A DNA stretch of 64,000 nucleotides from a virus. A program made the position numbers and the translations under genes. Shown here piece by piece: positions 63,993 to 64,000 of the stretch (its first letter is position 1; every line of letters begins with the position of its first letter). The notes beneath the pieces are model-generated. The model saw nothing but the letters and a program-made list of their open reading frames with translations, had not been told where the DNA came from and ran no database searches. The stretch spans positions 32,001 through 96,000 of IMG/VR virus record IMGVR_UViG_3300020170_000001; one strand, written 5' to 3'.

Positions 63993-64000
63993 GGCGTCGC

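Noticed and set aside
1-64000. tRNA, rRNA or host chromosomal genes
   Set aside because: No cloverleaf or rRNA-like segments were recognised by eye; host-like genes (dnaX, dcd, lsr2) are tightly coupled with phage genes, so no prophage boundary is evident

Overview
This 64 kb window is part of a high-GC, long-tailed (siphovirus-like) bacteriophage genome, most likely infecting a sporulating actinomycete. Almost all genes are on the minus strand. In transcription order (right to left): small genes, a papain-like protease, DnaX and an FkbM methyltransferase; probable TerS, a fibre/decoration gene block, and intein-containing TerL; portal, DNA methylase, MuF, protease/scaffold, decoration protein and major capsid protein; a five-gene membrane cassette; about 10 kb of paralogous fibre-like genes; head-tail genes, a glycosyltransferase, major tail protein, frameshifted tail chaperone, an 1816-aa tape measure, tail tip genes and a holin-like gene; then a replication/regulation block (SNF2 helicase, HNH, WhiG/FliA-type sigma, dCTP deaminase, DnaB helicase, BldC, primase Zn finger, Lsr2, phosphoesterase, ECF-like sigma, clamp-loader delta-prime and delta). 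Main observations: (1) a stand-alone ethylene-receptor-like (ETR1-type, CxxxH) membrane domain inside a late membrane cassette; (2) phage copies of actinomycete developmental regulators (WhiG-like sigma, BldC, Lsr2) plus a recurring sigma28-like CCGAT element upstream of late genes; (3) an apparently complete bacterial-type DnaX/delta/delta-prime clamp loader; (4) a modular, triplicated fibre gene system. No integrase, tRNA, CRISPR array or obvious endolysin was seen. All assignments come from motif recognition by eye; no database searches were run.
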